Of a stretch of 64,000 nucleotides of DNA, positions 48,678-59,681 are shown piece by piece. Position 1 is the stretch's first letter. Each line of letters opens with the position of its first letter. Source of the stretch: an archaeon (GTDB lineage: Archaea > Nanobdellota > Nanobdellia > SCGC-AAA011-G17 > GW2011-AR17). The notes beneath the pieces are model-generated. The model saw only the letters and a list, made by a program, of their open reading frames with translations, did no database searches and was not told where the DNA came from. The position numbers and the translations under genes were made by a program. The stretch covers positions 13,013 to 77,012 of the forward strand of contig JBDRJY010000011.1 in the NCBI GenBank assembly GCA_043814545.1. The letters are read 5' to 3'.

Positions 48678-49848
48678 TTTGTATTTTTGTCAAAAATGTT
48701 TTACTTTTTTCCATTACGTCTTTAACTGTAATCTGTTTCAAACATTTTGCATCTTTGCAATTGGTTGATTTATTATTAAAGTTAGTTATACAAGGACTGC
48801 AATCTAAGTCTAAGAAAAAATCTATCTTATTTTTTTGCCAAGGACCGTAAAGGTATGGCGTGTTTGGACCGAAGAAAGATAAAGTTGGTGTTGACACAGC
48901 TGCAGCCATGTGCATAGGACCAGTATCATTAGAAACAAAAACATCGCACCTGTCAATCAATGCTGCCAGTTGTGAGAGGTTTACTTTCCCAGTAGAATTA
49001 ACCACATTACCTTTATTTTTTATCATGTCAATAACTTCTTGAACTGCATCTTTTTCCGAGGGAGCACCAGTTAACACAATTTTAGCCTTATAAGTTTTAA
49101 TAAATTCGTCAGCAAGTTTAGCAAAGTTTTGTTTTGGCCAACGTCTTGCAGTTACATTTTCACCGCTACTGACATGCATACCGATGATAAAATCGTTTTT
49201 TGTAACACCGACCATATCCCAGTAATCGTTAACATATTCTTCATCTTCTTTTGAATAATCAAGTTTAGTTAAATCATAATTATCAGGATTGGCACCGACA
49301 GCTTTAGCAATGTCTGTAAAAGTTTTTACCATGTGTTGATCATTATTGTATACAACTTTGATTGGATACATGAAACCTCGACCTTGGCCTTGCGTTGTAA
49401 AACCTACACGCTTCTTTGTACCGCTTAAGTAAGCAAGAATTGATGATGTTCGTGCAAACTGTTCCAAGTCTAAGATTAAATCATATTTATTTTTCCTAAA
49501 TGTTAACATCAAGTTCAAAACATCTTTAACAACTTGTGATAAATTTTCAACTTGGAAATAAATAATTTCGTCAACATCAAGGTTCTTTTCTAAAATATTT
49601 TTATTTTTTGATAAAGTTACAAAAGTTATTTTTGCAAAAGGATATTTTTTCTTAACAGCCCTGATTGTAGGCGTAGCCATAATTATGTTTCCAAAACCCC
49701 AAAACTTCAACATTAAAATGTTTCTAACCTTTTTTGAGGACGGTACACGAAACGGACTAGTTATTTTATCAAAAGAGTATAATCCAACACAGATGGGAAT
49801 ACCTCCATACTTGTCCAATACCTTAATCATATCCATTTCCATTTTCAA
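48661..49848 (-). CDS. GT9 heptosyltransferase-like glycosyltransferase
   Basis: GFGNIIM, RRWP..NFA and SNDTGPMHMAAA...FFGP motifs. Confidence 0.92.
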   Translation of the reverse strand: MKMEMDMIKVLDKYGGIPICVGLYSFDKITSPFRVPSSKKVRNILMLKFWGFGNIIMATPTIRAVKKKYPFAKITFVTLSKNKNILEKNLDVDEIIYFQVENLSQVVKDVLNLMLTFRKNKYDLILDLEQFARTSSILAYLSGTKKRVGFTTQGQGRGFMYPIKVVYNNDQHMVKTFTDIAKAVGANPDNYDLTKLDYSKEDEEYVNDYWDMVGVTKNDFIIGMHVSSGENVTARRWPKQNFAKLADEFIKTYKAKIVLTGAPSEKDAVQEVIDMIKNKGNVVNSTGKVNLSQLAALIDRCDVFVSNDTGPMHMAAAVSTPTLSFFGPNTPYLYGPWQKNKIDFFLDLDCSPCITNFNNKSTNCKDAKCLKQITVKDVMEKSKTFLTKIQNERRV

Positions 49849-50834
49849 ACATGGTTCCTCAATAAATTTGATATAGCATCAGGTTTCATGTCAATAAGAT
49901 AATTCATTTCCATATGACAATTGAAATGGCAACCTTTACAAGGGAACCTGTGAAGTTCCTTAAACGCTTGCCTAAAACCTTTTTCCAAAATGTTAACAGG
50001 TTTAGCTTGATTTATTGCAACATAACAAGGATACATGTCGCCGTTACAATCAATGATAGAATACAATTCTCCTGCATAACATTTGACTCTTTTTGTGTAA
50101 GGGTAAGATTTGATTATGTAGTCTAAAAAAGTAAACGAATCTGCAACAGGATAACCTTGCTTTTTACGTTTCTTGATGAATTTAAAAGCTGTCACAATTT
50201 GTTCGCGTGAAGGAAAAATTGTACCATCAATATTTTCTGGCAAAATGTCAAAGTCTATTATTGGCTGGAACATGACTGAAAAGGCCATGCGTTTAGCTGT
50301 TTTTAACAAGTAATCAATATTATCTAAACTAATATTGTGCTTAGTAAATGTTGTTAAGGCACAAACATGAATCTTGTTAGCTAAAGCAAGTTTTATGAAA
50401 GATAAAGTGTCAGATTTAGTCCTATTTTTATCTTGATACTTTTGCATACCATCAAAGCTTATGAAAACGCCGTCAGATTTTTTTAACGTGTCCATGTGAA
50501 ACTTCATTAATGAACCGTTCGTTACAATATGAGTAATTAACCCTAACTTTTTACAATATCTTACAAGCTCGCCAATATCTTTTCTTAACAAAGGTTCACC
50601 GCCAGTAAACCCTATCTTATTAGCACCCATTTTTCTAGCATCATAAACAATTTTCTTAATCTGTTCAGTAGTCATTTCTTTTCTTTGAATCTTAATACAA
50701 TCGCAATATGAACAGTTAAAATTACATTTGTTTGTTATACGTAAATTGATAGACAACGGAGCTTTCTTTTTAGTTAAATGATAATTTAATACACGACAAC
50801 CTAAATCTATTGAATTCTTAATCATTCGTTCCAC
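49845..50834 (-). CDS. radical SAM / SPASM protein
   Basis: CNFNCSYC, TGGEPLL and CYAG...GDMYPC motifs. Confidence 0.92.
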   Translation of the reverse strand: MERMIKNSIDLGCRVLNYHLTKKKAPLSINLRITNKCNFNCSYCDCIKIQRKEMTTEQIKKIVYDARKMGANKIGFTGGEPLLRKDIGELVRYCKKLGLITHIVTNGSLMKFHMDTLKKSDGVFISFDGMQKYQDKNRTKSDTLSFIKLALANKIHVCALTTFTKHNISLDNIDYLLKTAKRMAFSVMFQPIIDFDILPENIDGTIFPSREQIVTAFKFIKKRKKQGYPVADSFTFLDYIIKSYPYTKRVKCYAGELYSIIDCNGDMYPCYVAINQAKPVNILEKGFRQAFKELHRFPCKGCHFNCHMEMNYLIDMKPDAISNLLRNHV

Positions 50835-52561
50835 CCTAATTCTTCAACATCATAAATATATACAATATCTTTACCTTGCATTTCAATGATATGCATAGGC
50901 GTGTACATATCCCTAAACTCAGCAATATCATCAGAAGTTGATCTGCCGTAAGGATGTAATAAAACATACCTTGTTGTCCATTGTTCTGTCTGGAAATACT
51001 GGGCTTTCTCTTCTAACGTAGGCATCTCGCCTGTTTCTTGCTGGAACCAATTTCTAAACTGTAAAAATATTGGTCCTTGTTCACTTCTCAAATAATAAAA
51101 TAAAATACCTTCCATTCCTACAAAAGTTTCGTCATCTTCCAAAATTGTTAGCAAATATTCTCCTGTTTCCTTAGCAGACATATCTGCAAGTCCTGTATAA
51201 ACGTAATCCCTACAAGAATCTGGACTGACTGCACAAAGTAAATGGTTAGTTGAAACAAAGTAAGGTGATGTTGTGTATGCTATGCCGAACGAAAATATAA
51301 TATAAATTCCTATGAAGATTAAAGCGTAAACTCTTTTTATTGCGAACGGAGCAGTTTTTCTCTGTGAAAATACCCAACACATTAACAAAACAAAACCGAA
51401 CATGTACGCTATTGCTACCCTGAATAAAGTCAAGGCTGAAAATAAAATCATGCCTAACAATCCTAGCATGGTTAAGTACAAAATGAACTTTTCCCGGGAG
51501 GATTTGTTTTTCTTTTTGATTAATTTTATGAAAACTATTATAGCTAAAATGAAGATTAATAAATCTAAAACGTTCATGTTAAGCAAAAACTCGTAAATGA
51601 TTTCGTAAAACTGGTAATTGAATATGATTCCTGAAACATCAGAATATTTTGAACCGAAAAACTGGTAAACTTCGATTAATTGTGAAGGTTTGAAACCGAA
51701 CGGTGCTAAAAGTAAAATTAGGTAACCTACAAAAGCTACGAAACAGTTTTTGATCATCTGTTGCATGTTATGTTCTTCAACGTCTTGAATTTTTTTTGCA
51801 AAATCTAAGTCTAAAGATAAAAACAGTTTTTTGCTAAGGAAAAGTAACTCTTTGAAATATTTTTCAGCTATCAAGAAAAACGTGAAAACTAAATATAAAC
51901 CTGCTGAGAATTTTGTTGCTGTTGCCAAACCAAAAAAACCACCTGCAAGGAAAAACCAAAGTGTGTCTTTTCCTTTATGAGATTTGTAAGCTAAATATAA
52001 GAAAATTAAACCTACTATTAAGAAAAACCATAAAATAACATCGTCATGTATCCATCTGCTAAACCTAAGTATATACGGGAAGAAAGCAAAAAAGCTTATC
52101 CCATATAATGCAGAGAGTTTTGGTAAAAGTAAAAGAAAGAAAAGTGAAATTGCTAAGAAAAATAATATTCCAAAGATATAAATCGGTAAATGGCATTCAT
52201 TGTTGGCATTGACCATAGGTTCACCTAATAATGCTTCACGTCCCGCATAATAATCCGGCTGTATATACGAAACTCCAGAGAAATCTTCGCCTGACATCAT
52301 ACAACCTTTACCTATCAGCCAGTTTGCAACAGGAGGTTTACCTGCGCCAGACAATCCAGGATAGTATTCATGAGGGTAAAACCATAATAAACCTGCAGGT
52401 ACTGTACCCATATCATCGTTCCAATAACCTACCTGTGAAAAATCGTTCAGTCTAATGAAAAGTCCTAATACAACTACTAACAGAATCAGACCTAGCACTA
52501 ACCTATCATTCTTTAATTTAGCGAAAGGTCCACCACTCTTTTCCATTAAACCCAAAGACAA
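50822..52561 (-). CDS. GT-C fold membrane glycosyltransferase (PMT/ArnT-like)
   Basis: Multi-TM; WNDD after TM1, KPP, and GLATATK motifs. Confidence 0.8.
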   Translation of the reverse strand: MSLGLMEKSGGPFAKLKNDRLVLGLILLVVVLGLFIRLNDFSQVGYWNDDMGTVPAGLLWFYPHEYYPGLSGAGKPPVANWLIGKGCMMSGEDFSGVSYIQPDYYAGREALLGEPMVNANNECHLPIYIFGILFFLAISLFFLLLLPKLSALYGISFFAFFPYILRFSRWIHDDVILWFFLIVGLIFLYLAYKSHKGKDTLWFFLAGGFFGLATATKFSAGLYLVFTFFLIAEKYFKELLFLSKKLFLSLDLDFAKKIQDVEEHNMQQMIKNCFVAFVGYLILLLAPFGFKPSQLIEVYQFFGSKYSDVSGIIFNYQFYEIIYEFLLNMNVLDLLIFILAIIVFIKLIKKKNKSSREKFILYLTMLGLLGMILFSALTLFRVAIAYMFGFVLLMCWVFSQRKTAPFAIKRVYALIFIGIYIIFSFGIAYTTSPYFVSTNHLLCAVSPDSCRDYVYTGLADMSAKETGEYLLTILEDDETFVGMEGILFYYLRSEQGPIFLQFRNWFQQETGEMPTLEEKAQYFQTEQWTTRYVLLHPYGRSTSDDIAEFRDMYTPMHIIEMQGKDIVYIYDVEELGWNE

Positions 52562-52728
52562 CTATATACTATTTATAAAATTTCTCTATTAATAGACTCT
52601 ATATTATACATTTGTTCCTTGCGAGGAGTCATTGTGTTCTTTTACTGAAGTTAAGAAAGCAATTGCATAATCTTTAAAAATCAATTATACAAAATTTCTT
52701 TAAGCAAATCTAAAAAAGGGGATTATAA

Positions 52729-54255
52729 ATGCAACTATTAAAAGCGGTGGAAAGTTTCAAAGATAAAAAAGTTCTTGTCATAGGTGATGTAATGCTTGAC
52801 AAGTTTCTTTTTGGTGATGTTAACCGTATTAATCCTGAAGCGCCAGTACCAGTGTTATGGGCGCGTAAAGAAACTTATTCATTAGGAGGTGCAGGGCATT
52901 TGGCGAATAATCTTTCCGCTGTCGGTGCGCAAGTTTACATTGTTTCAGTTGTTGGTAATGATAAAGCTAACACAAAACTTAAACAATTAATGAATGAAAA
53001 AGGTATGATCTCAGAGTTAATTATGGATGTATCTCGACCAACTATACAAAAGATTAGACATTACGGTCGCGGTCAACAAATGTTACGTTTAGACTTAGAA
53101 ACTGTTCAACCAATCTCTAATGATATTGAAAATTTAGTTTTACAAAAAATAAAAGAAGTTTTACCTAAATGTAATCTAATAATCTTTTCGGATTATGCAA
53201 AAGGTTTGATTACACAAAATGTTGCTCAACAAATTATACAATTAGCAAAAGAACAAAACAAGTTAACAATTGTCGACACAAAACCACATAACGCAAAGTT
53301 TTATCATGGTTGTGATTTGATTTCGTTAAATGTTGGTGAAGCAAAAAAGTTAACCAAGATTAAAGGAGAAAATGATACTGACGTTGCTGAAATGTGCCTT
53401 CTGCTGTTTAAACAATTTAACAGCGCAATTGCAATAACTCGTGGCCCAGATGGAATGACTGTTTGTGAGAAGAACGGACAAATTTCGCACATTTCCCAAC
53501 GTAAAGTTGAAGTTTGCGACGTGTCAGGTGCTGGTGATACCGTTACTTCTATTTTAGGATTGTCCTTGTCAATTGGATTAAGCTTATCAGAAGCTGCAAA
53601 AATTGCTAACCATGCAGGTGGTATTGCTGTATCTAAACAAGGCATCGTACCTGTTACATGTAACGAAATTAAAAGTACTTTGCGTCATGATATTCATGAA
53701 TATCTTAAAGAAAGTATCAAGGTTAAACAAAACGTTATTGAAAACCAAATGGATAAAGTCGAACAAATAACTAACATGATTATTGATACTTATAAAAATA
53801 ATAAAAAGATTTTAGTGTTTGGTAACGGTGGAAGTGCAGGTGATGCACAACATTTGGCTGCTGAATTAGTTGGCAGGTATAAAAAAGAACGAAAAGGTTT
53901 GTCTGCAATTGCATTAACAACTGATAGTTCAATCTTAACTGCTATAGCAAATGATTACGGATATGATTATGTTTTTTCGCGTCAAGTTGAAGCTAATTGT
54001 CAACCTGGGGATTTAGTAATTGGTATTACAACCAGTGGTAACTCGCCTAACGTTCTTTTAGCGTTTGATAAAGCAAAAGATATTGGCGCCCAAACAATTT
54101 GTTTTACAGGAAAAAATGGTGGAAAATCTGTTGAACGGTCTGACATCTGCATAGTTGTACCATCAGATAACACTCCCCGAATCCAAGAAACGCATATTGC
54201 ACTTATTCATATTATTTGTGAAATTTTAGAAAACACTTTGTTTCAAGATGAATAA
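52729..54255 (+). CDS. fusion of heptose-7-phosphate kinase (HldA/RfaE-I) and sedoheptulose-7-phosphate isomerase (GmhA)
   Basis: [30 protein letters not shown]; then [34 protein letters not shown]. Confidence 0.93.
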   Translation: MQLLKAVESFKDKKVLVIGDVMLDKFLFGDVNRINPEAPVPVLWARKETYSLGGAGHLANNLSAVGAQVYIVSVVGNDKANTKLKQLMNEKGMISELIMDVSRPTIQKIRHYGRGQQMLRLDLETVQPISNDIENLVLQKIKEVLPKCNLIIFSDYAKGLITQNVAQQIIQLAKEQNKLTIVDTKPHNAKFYHGCDLISLNVGEAKKLTKIKGENDTDVAEMCLLLFKQFNSAIAITRGPDGMTVCEKNGQISHISQRKVEVCDVSGAGDTVTSILGLSLSIGLSLSEAAKIANHAGGIAVSKQGIVPVTCNEIKSTLRHDIHEYLKESIKVKQNVIENQMDKVEQITNMIIDTYKNNKKILVFGNGGSAGDAQHLAAELVGRYKKERKGLSAIALTTDSSILTAIANDYGYDYVFSRQVEANCQPGDLVIGITTSGNSPNVLLAFDKAKDIGAQTICFTGKNGGKSVERSDICIVVPSDNTPRIQETHIALIHIICEILENTLFQDE

Positions 54256-55276
54256 AATAATCACACGAGATGAACTTGTACCCTTAGTTGAACAATGGAA
54301 AGCTGAAGGGAAAAAAGTAGGTTTTACTAGCGGAGCTTTTGACATTGTCCATGCAGGACACATAAGTTATTTGCAAAAAGCTAAGAAACTTTGTGATATT
54401 TTCATTTTAGGCTTGAACACTGATGCGTCTATCAAAAGGTACAAAAGCGAAGATCGTCCCATTATCCCTCAAGAAGATAGGTTGAAACTTATTTCTGCTT
54501 TAAATTGTGTTGATTATGTTTTTTTGTTTGACGAAGATAATAATAATTTTAACATTGAAACTTTAAAACCTTCATATTATATCAAAGCTGGTGATTACAG
54601 TCCTGAAAAATTAACTTCAAAACCAATTGTTGAAAAACATGGTGGTGAAGCTATTTTAATACCAGTTGTCGAGGGTAAATCTACTACTAATATTATTAAA
54701 AAAATTTTAGATGTTTATGGTCCTGTAGGATTTTATCCAGAAATTAAACCTAAGAAAGGCCCAGTTGTTTTTTTAGATCGTGACGGCGTTATTAACGAAG
54801 ATATTGAATATTTACATGAGCCTGAAAAGTTTAAACTTTGTCCTAACGTAGTTGAAGGTTTGAAAAAATTGCAAGAAAATGGATATAGGTTAGTTGTTGT
54901 TACAAACCAAGCAGGCATGGGTCAAGGTTATTTCAAAAAAGAAGATTTTTATAAAGTTAACAGAGAAATGTTTAAACAAATCGGACCTTATGGAATAAAA
55001 TTTTCTAAAATATATTATTGTGGACATAATGCTAACGATAATTGCGATTGTCAAAAACCTAAAACTGGTATGATTGACCGTGCTAACAAAGATCTTAATG
55101 TTGATTTGGGTAACAGTTTTATTATTGGTGATAAAAATAGTGATATCTTGTGCGGTAAAAATGCTGGATTGAAAACTATTGGAGTATTAACCGGACAAAA
55201 CAAAAGTTTTGATAACGCTGATTTCGTTGCAAAAGATTTGGTTGAAGCTGCAAGCTATATCATAGGTGAAGAATGA
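54248..55276 (+). CDS. fusion of heptose-1-phosphate adenylyltransferase (HldC/RfaE-II) and heptose bisphosphate phosphatase (GmhB)
   Basis: [22 protein letters not shown]; then [26 protein letters not shown]. Confidence 0.93.
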   Translation: MNKIITRDELVPLVEQWKAEGKKVGFTSGAFDIVHAGHISYLQKAKKLCDIFILGLNTDASIKRYKSEDRPIIPQEDRLKLISALNCVDYVFLFDEDNNNFNIETLKPSYYIKAGDYSPEKLTSKPIVEKHGGEAILIPVVEGKSTTNIIKKILDVYGPVGFYPEIKPKKGPVVFLDRDGVINEDIEYLHEPEKFKLCPNVVEGLKKLQENGYRLVVVTNQAGMGQGYFKKEDFYKVNREMFKQIGPYGIKFSKIYYCGHNANDNCDCQKPKTGMIDRANKDLNVDLGNSFIIGDKNSDILCGKNAGLKTIGVLTGQNKSFDNADFVAKDLVEAASYIIGEE

Positions 55277-56199
55277 GTAAGTATCAAGAACTGGAAATGC
55301 ATAATGTTCGAACATATTCAATTAAAGAACGTCATCATAAAGTTCATATTAATGATTTTTCCAACATACAATCTCATAACATTGAAGATTTTATGCCTAA
55401 CATTCTTGAATCTAAAGCGTTGAAAGAGTTCGTTAACCGTTTAGCTTTAGCTTACAAACAAAATCAACATGTTATCTTAATGATGGGAGGGCATGTTATC
55501 AAAGTCGGTTTAGCACCAATAATAATTGATCTTATGAAACGTGGAGTGATAAAAGCTATCGCTGTTAACGGTTCTACTGCGATACATGATTTTGAAGTCG
55601 CATATAACAGTTCTACGTCGGAAGAAGTTGCTGACACTTTGAAAACTGGCATGTTTGGAATGGTTGAAGAAACTGCACATTTCATGAATGAAACAGTAAA
55701 AGAAGCAGCTGTCCAAAATCTTGGCATGGGCGAGGCTTTAGGTAAAAAAATTGTTGAACAGAATTTTCCTAACAAAGAACTTAGTTTTCTTGCAAAAGCT
55801 TACGAACTTAACATCCCTGTTACTGTACATGTTTCTATCGGGAACGATACAATACATCAAATGCCTAACTGTGATGGGGCAGCTTTAGGTAAATGTACGC
55901 ATAAAGATTTTAAGATTTTTGCTAACGAAGTTTCAAAATTAGAAAATGGTGTTATCATGAATTTAGGTAGTGCTGTAGTTTTGCCTGAAGTTTTTTTGAA
56001 AGCTCTTACTTTAGCCCGAAACGTCGGACATAAAGTAGATGTTTTTACTGCAGCTAACTTTGATTGTATTAAACATTACAGGCCCATGGAAAATATTGTT
56101 AAAAGGCCAACAATGAATGGAGGATGGGGACATTATTTTATCGGATATCATGAAATTATGATACCTTTAGTTTATCAAATGCTCCTAAAAAGAATATGA
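55273..56199 (+). CDS. conserved hypothetical protein, deoxyhypusine-synthase-like fold
   Basis: GGHVIKVG, IHDFE, G.FGM.EET, GSAVVLPEVFLKAL and GYHEIM motifs. Confidence 0.7.
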   Translation: MSKYQELEMHNVRTYSIKERHHKVHINDFSNIQSHNIEDFMPNILESKALKEFVNRLALAYKQNQHVILMMGGHVIKVGLAPIIIDLMKRGVIKAIAVNGSTAIHDFEVAYNSSTSEEVADTLKTGMFGMVEETAHFMNETVKEAAVQNLGMGEALGKKIVEQNFPNKELSFLAKAYELNIPVTVHVSIGNDTIHQMPNCDGAALGKCTHKDFKIFANEVSKLENGVIMNLGSAVVLPEVFLKALTLARNVGHKVDVFTAANFDCIKHYRPMENIVKRPTMNGGWGHYFIGYHEIMIPLVYQMLLKRI

Positions 56200-57164
56200 A
56201 TGTAAACAAGATTGTAAATGAATTTCCTAACAAAAAGATTTTGGTTATCGGAGATATTATTTTAGACAGATTTTTAGAAGGTAATGTTGAAAGAGTTAGC
56301 CCTGAAGCGCCTATCCCTGTCTTAAACGTGAAAAAAGAAACTTTAATCCCTGGCGGCGCGGCAAACGTTGCAAATAATATTGTTCAAATGGGTGGTTTAG
56401 CTTACTTAGTAAGTGTTGTAGGTGATGATGATGAAAAAATTAAGCTATTAAATGTGTTAAACAAAAACGGAATTAATACTGGAGGTATTGTAACTGATTA
56501 TGACAGGCCTACAATTTGTAAAACAAGAATGGTTTCAGGAAGACAGCATCTTTTACGCGTTGACGTCGAGGAAACGCATCCTTTAAACCAAGAGTTAACT
56601 AACCAAATTTTATTTTTCATTCGTAATAATATTCAAAACATAGATTTTATTGTTGTATCTGATTATAATAAAGGTGTAGTTACACAGAATCTTATGGAAC
56701 AGTTAAAACAAATTGCTAACCAAAACCAAAAACGTATTTTTGTTGACCCTAAACCAAGCAATAAAGAATTTTACAAAGGTGTACATTATGTTAAACCGAA
56801 TTACAAAGAAGCGTGCGAATTAGTTGACGTTAACCAAACTGAAAATAAAGAAAATCATTTAGAAGTTGGACGTAAAACTTCAAGCGAATTAAACAGTAAT
56901 GTTATCATGACCTTAGCTGAAAAAGGTTTAACACTTTTTGAACTTGGACAAGAACCAAGAAATCTTCCTTGTCTACCATGCGAAGTTAAAGATGTAGTTG
57001 GAGCTGGTGACACTGTAGCCGCAGCGTTCGCTTTAGCCTTATCTTCTAACGCAACTTTAGATGAAGCTGCATACATTGCTAACCATGCAGCTAAGATAGC
57101 TGTTTCGCAGCATAGTACCTCTGCAGTAAAATTAGAAGAATTAAAAAATTCTTTAGGTTTATAG
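56196..57164 (+). CDS. second HldA/RfaE-I-type PfkB sugar kinase
   Basis: GDIILD, RVSPEAPIPV, GGAANVA, SDYNKG and DVVGAGDT motifs. Confidence 0.92.
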   Translation: MNVNKIVNEFPNKKILVIGDIILDRFLEGNVERVSPEAPIPVLNVKKETLIPGGAANVANNIVQMGGLAYLVSVVGDDDEKIKLLNVLNKNGINTGGIVTDYDRPTICKTRMVSGRQHLLRVDVEETHPLNQELTNQILFFIRNNIQNIDFIVVSDYNKGVVTQNLMEQLKQIANQNQKRIFVDPKPSNKEFYKGVHYVKPNYKEACELVDVNQTENKENHLEVGRKTSSELNSNVIMTLAEKGLTLFELGQEPRNLPCLPCEVKDVVGAGDTVAAAFALALSSNATLDEAAYIANHAAKIAVSQHSTSAVKLEELKNSLGL

Positions 57165-58391
57165 AACTTTTAAGCGTCTTAAATCTTCAACAACTTTGTT
57201 AGCAATAACTTCGTCACCACTTAAAGTTCCATATTGTTTTTCTACCTTGCCATAAACTTTGTTTACATTACGTGTACATTGATGTAATCTTTCGTAACTC
57301 ATTACTTGATCATCTAAAACTACAATTGTTCCATTTTTAGTGAAAGTTTGTTCGTTGAAAAACATTTCTGTATCGTCGTCTTTTTGGTAACCAAAAGTTA
57401 TCATTGGTTTACCATGTACATGTGCTAAATAAACAGCGCTTAAACCTAAACGACCAACAACAGCTTTAATGTTAGGATGAGCACAAGCTGTTTCCCTTGC
57501 ATAAACTTCTCCATGTTGTTTACTAGCACTGTAAACTGTTAATCCTGTTGCGCGAGCAGATGCTACTAAATTTTCAAGTTGATCTAACAAATGTGGAACA
57601 TTCAGACCAATACCACTACGGATAACGTAGATGCCTTCTTCATTAATTTCATCTTCTGGAATCATTCTATCCTTTAATGGCGGAACAATTATTTCGTTAG
57701 GTGCTAGATGTTTTTCGTGATTTATACCAGTTAAAGTCGAAGGTGTCGACGTGAAAAATATATTTTGTCTTTGTTCTATCTGACTTCCTATCAAAAATAA
57801 TATTTCTGGACCAGGTATTTCATAAATTGGAGTAAGCTTACATGATTGCATTGCCATAATAGAAGCTTCAATTAATCTTGAAAATGGTGCAATTGTTGAA
57901 AAATAACTAGGAGTTTGGCTTGGCATCATGTCTACAATAGGGTTATGGCCAAAAACAAAGTCTATTTCTTTAGGTGAGATAATAAAATTATTATCTGTAC
58001 CCATTTGTCTTACTTCAAATTGATTCTTAAGATAATTATCAACATCTTCTTGAACTGAATATTGTTTTTTCAAAATTGTTTGTAATCTATTACCATAATG
58101 GCCTTCACCTTTAAAATTTAAAGTGTCAATCATTGTTCCTAAATTTTTGTCAAACAAAATTGGTAAATCCGTGAACGGTTGGTCTTTTAGAAATATTTTT
58201 TCAGTTATAGGAAGTTTGCCTAAGACTGGATCGTTAACTTCCCAAGAGTTTACCATCGGCACAATCATTTGGTATTTGTCTTTACCAATACCAGCATGTT
58301 CCATTATCCTAGCTATTTCTGCAACTGAAACAATACCTGGACCAAAACCGTGCGGTGCGTGGTTTACTAATACTGTTAGTTTGTCTTTCAT
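57159..58391 (-). CDS. divergent GT-B-like hypothetical protein
   Basis: HGFGP N-terminal motif, VGRLGLS..Y.A...GKPM; ATGA overlap sets the start at 58391. Confidence 0.55.
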   Translation of the reverse strand: MKDKLTVLVNHAPHGFGPGIVSVAEIARIMEHAGIGKDKYQMIVPMVNSWEVNDPVLGKLPITEKIFLKDQPFTDLPILFDKNLGTMIDTLNFKGEGHYGNRLQTILKKQYSVQEDVDNYLKNQFEVRQMGTDNNFIISPKEIDFVFGHNPIVDMMPSQTPSYFSTIAPFSRLIEASIMAMQSCKLTPIYEIPGPEILFLIGSQIEQRQNIFFTSTPSTLTGINHEKHLAPNEIIVPPLKDRMIPEDEINEEGIYVIRSGIGLNVPHLLDQLENLVASARATGLTVYSASKQHGEVYARETACAHPNIKAVVGRLGLSAVYLAHVHGKPMITFGYQKDDDTEMFFNEQTFTKNGTIVVLDDQVMSYERLHQCTRNVNKVYGKVEKQYGTLSGDEVIANKVVEDLRRLKVL

Positions 58392-59563
58392 TTGCAACCA
58401 CAACCGCAACCTTTATTGTACAATTGATTTTTCATTGCTTCAGCTATTGCCTCTACACCTTCACCCATATCTCTAACACAATCAAACAATTTTTCATCGC
58501 CGCGTTTATAGATACAGTTTGTATCATCTTGGATTTTTCTGTTAGTTTTAATCAAACCTAGTTCTCTTCCAGCTTGTGTAACTTCTGATGCTGGATGGTA
58601 ACCGTGTGCACCGCATTTTCCAAAACCATCTTCAGTAACCATTGGACAGTTTGGTTCAGCTACCAAAGACCGAGTCTCACTGTACATATTTGAGTAAGGG
58701 TTTGAACTTATTGCTAATGCAATTCTTGTTGATAAACTTGGTTTCTGATATTTACCAAAGTTACCACCTTGAATACCTGCAATACCCATATGCCATGGAC
58801 CTGAGTCAACACCAATCATACCATCGGCAGTTGCTAACAATGCTGTAACTTTTCTTAAATCTCTGTCTGAAACTTGCACTGTTCCTTCGATAAGTTCTTC
58901 ACCTGGCGCAATTATCTGAACAGGTATTGCATATTCGCTAACTAATTTTGCTAAATGAACAGCATCTTCCATTCTTAAATCTCTATTAGAATATTCTAAT
59001 TCTCCAGGAAATGGATTAGCTGATTGACGTGAAATGACTACAACTTTTTCGAATTCAGGATATCCTTTTTGAAGAAGAGTTTGAATATAAATTCCATGTG
59101 CCCAATCAATCTCTTCTTCGCTTAACGCAACTTTTACGTCTGTAGTTTTTGTACCTAGGTTAACTTCTTTACCATACAACCGATCAATTTCGTTTTCTAA
59201 CTGGAAACGCATATGGTCTACCAAATGTGTACATCCTGATCTGTCTGGTAATGGTTTCAAGTGAACATGGTTTTGTAAATAAACGCCTAAATCAAGAAAC
59301 TCTGTTCGTACACGATTTTTTCCATTAACTTCAACTTTATCCCATTCGTCAAAGAAATCGCCTTTCTTTTCTTGTTCCCCTAGTTCAAGAAATCTAGAAT
59401 ATCCTAAGCCTTCAGTTAATCCTTTTGAAAAACCTCGGCCAATAATATTTATGTCAGTTGTACCTTCTGCTCTTAACATTGGTAACATTGCGCTTGTCAT
59501 AACCAGGTCGCCTAAAGCGCCAGTTGTTAATAATGTCAATTCAAATCCGTCTAATTGTCCCAT
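58388..59563 (-). CDS. divergent GT9-like glycosyltransferase
   Basis: GALGDLVM and IGVDSGPWHM motifs. Confidence 0.75.
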   Translation of the reverse strand: MGQLDGFELTLLTTGALGDLVMTSAMLPMLRAEGTTDINIIGRGFSKGLTEGLGYSRFLELGEQEKKGDFFDEWDKVEVNGKNRVRTEFLDLGVYLQNHVHLKPLPDRSGCTHLVDHMRFQLENEIDRLYGKEVNLGTKTTDVKVALSEEEIDWAHGIYIQTLLQKGYPEFEKVVVISRQSANPFPGELEYSNRDLRMEDAVHLAKLVSEYAIPVQIIAPGEELIEGTVQVSDRDLRKVTALLATADGMIGVDSGPWHMGIAGIQGGNFGKYQKPSLSTRIALAISSNPYSNMYSETRSLVAEPNCPMVTEDGFGKCGAHGYHPASEVTQAGRELGLIKTNRKIQDDTNCIYKRGDEKLFDCVRDMGEGVEAIAEAMKNQLYNKGCGCGCK

Positions 59564-59681
59564 TTTTTATTTTCTCCCCTTAAATATTATTTTAAAAATT
59601 TCCTAAATTTCCCTTTATAAAAATTATGCACATAGTATCATAAATTATTTAAACCAAACATAATTATTTGGAGTAAGAAAA

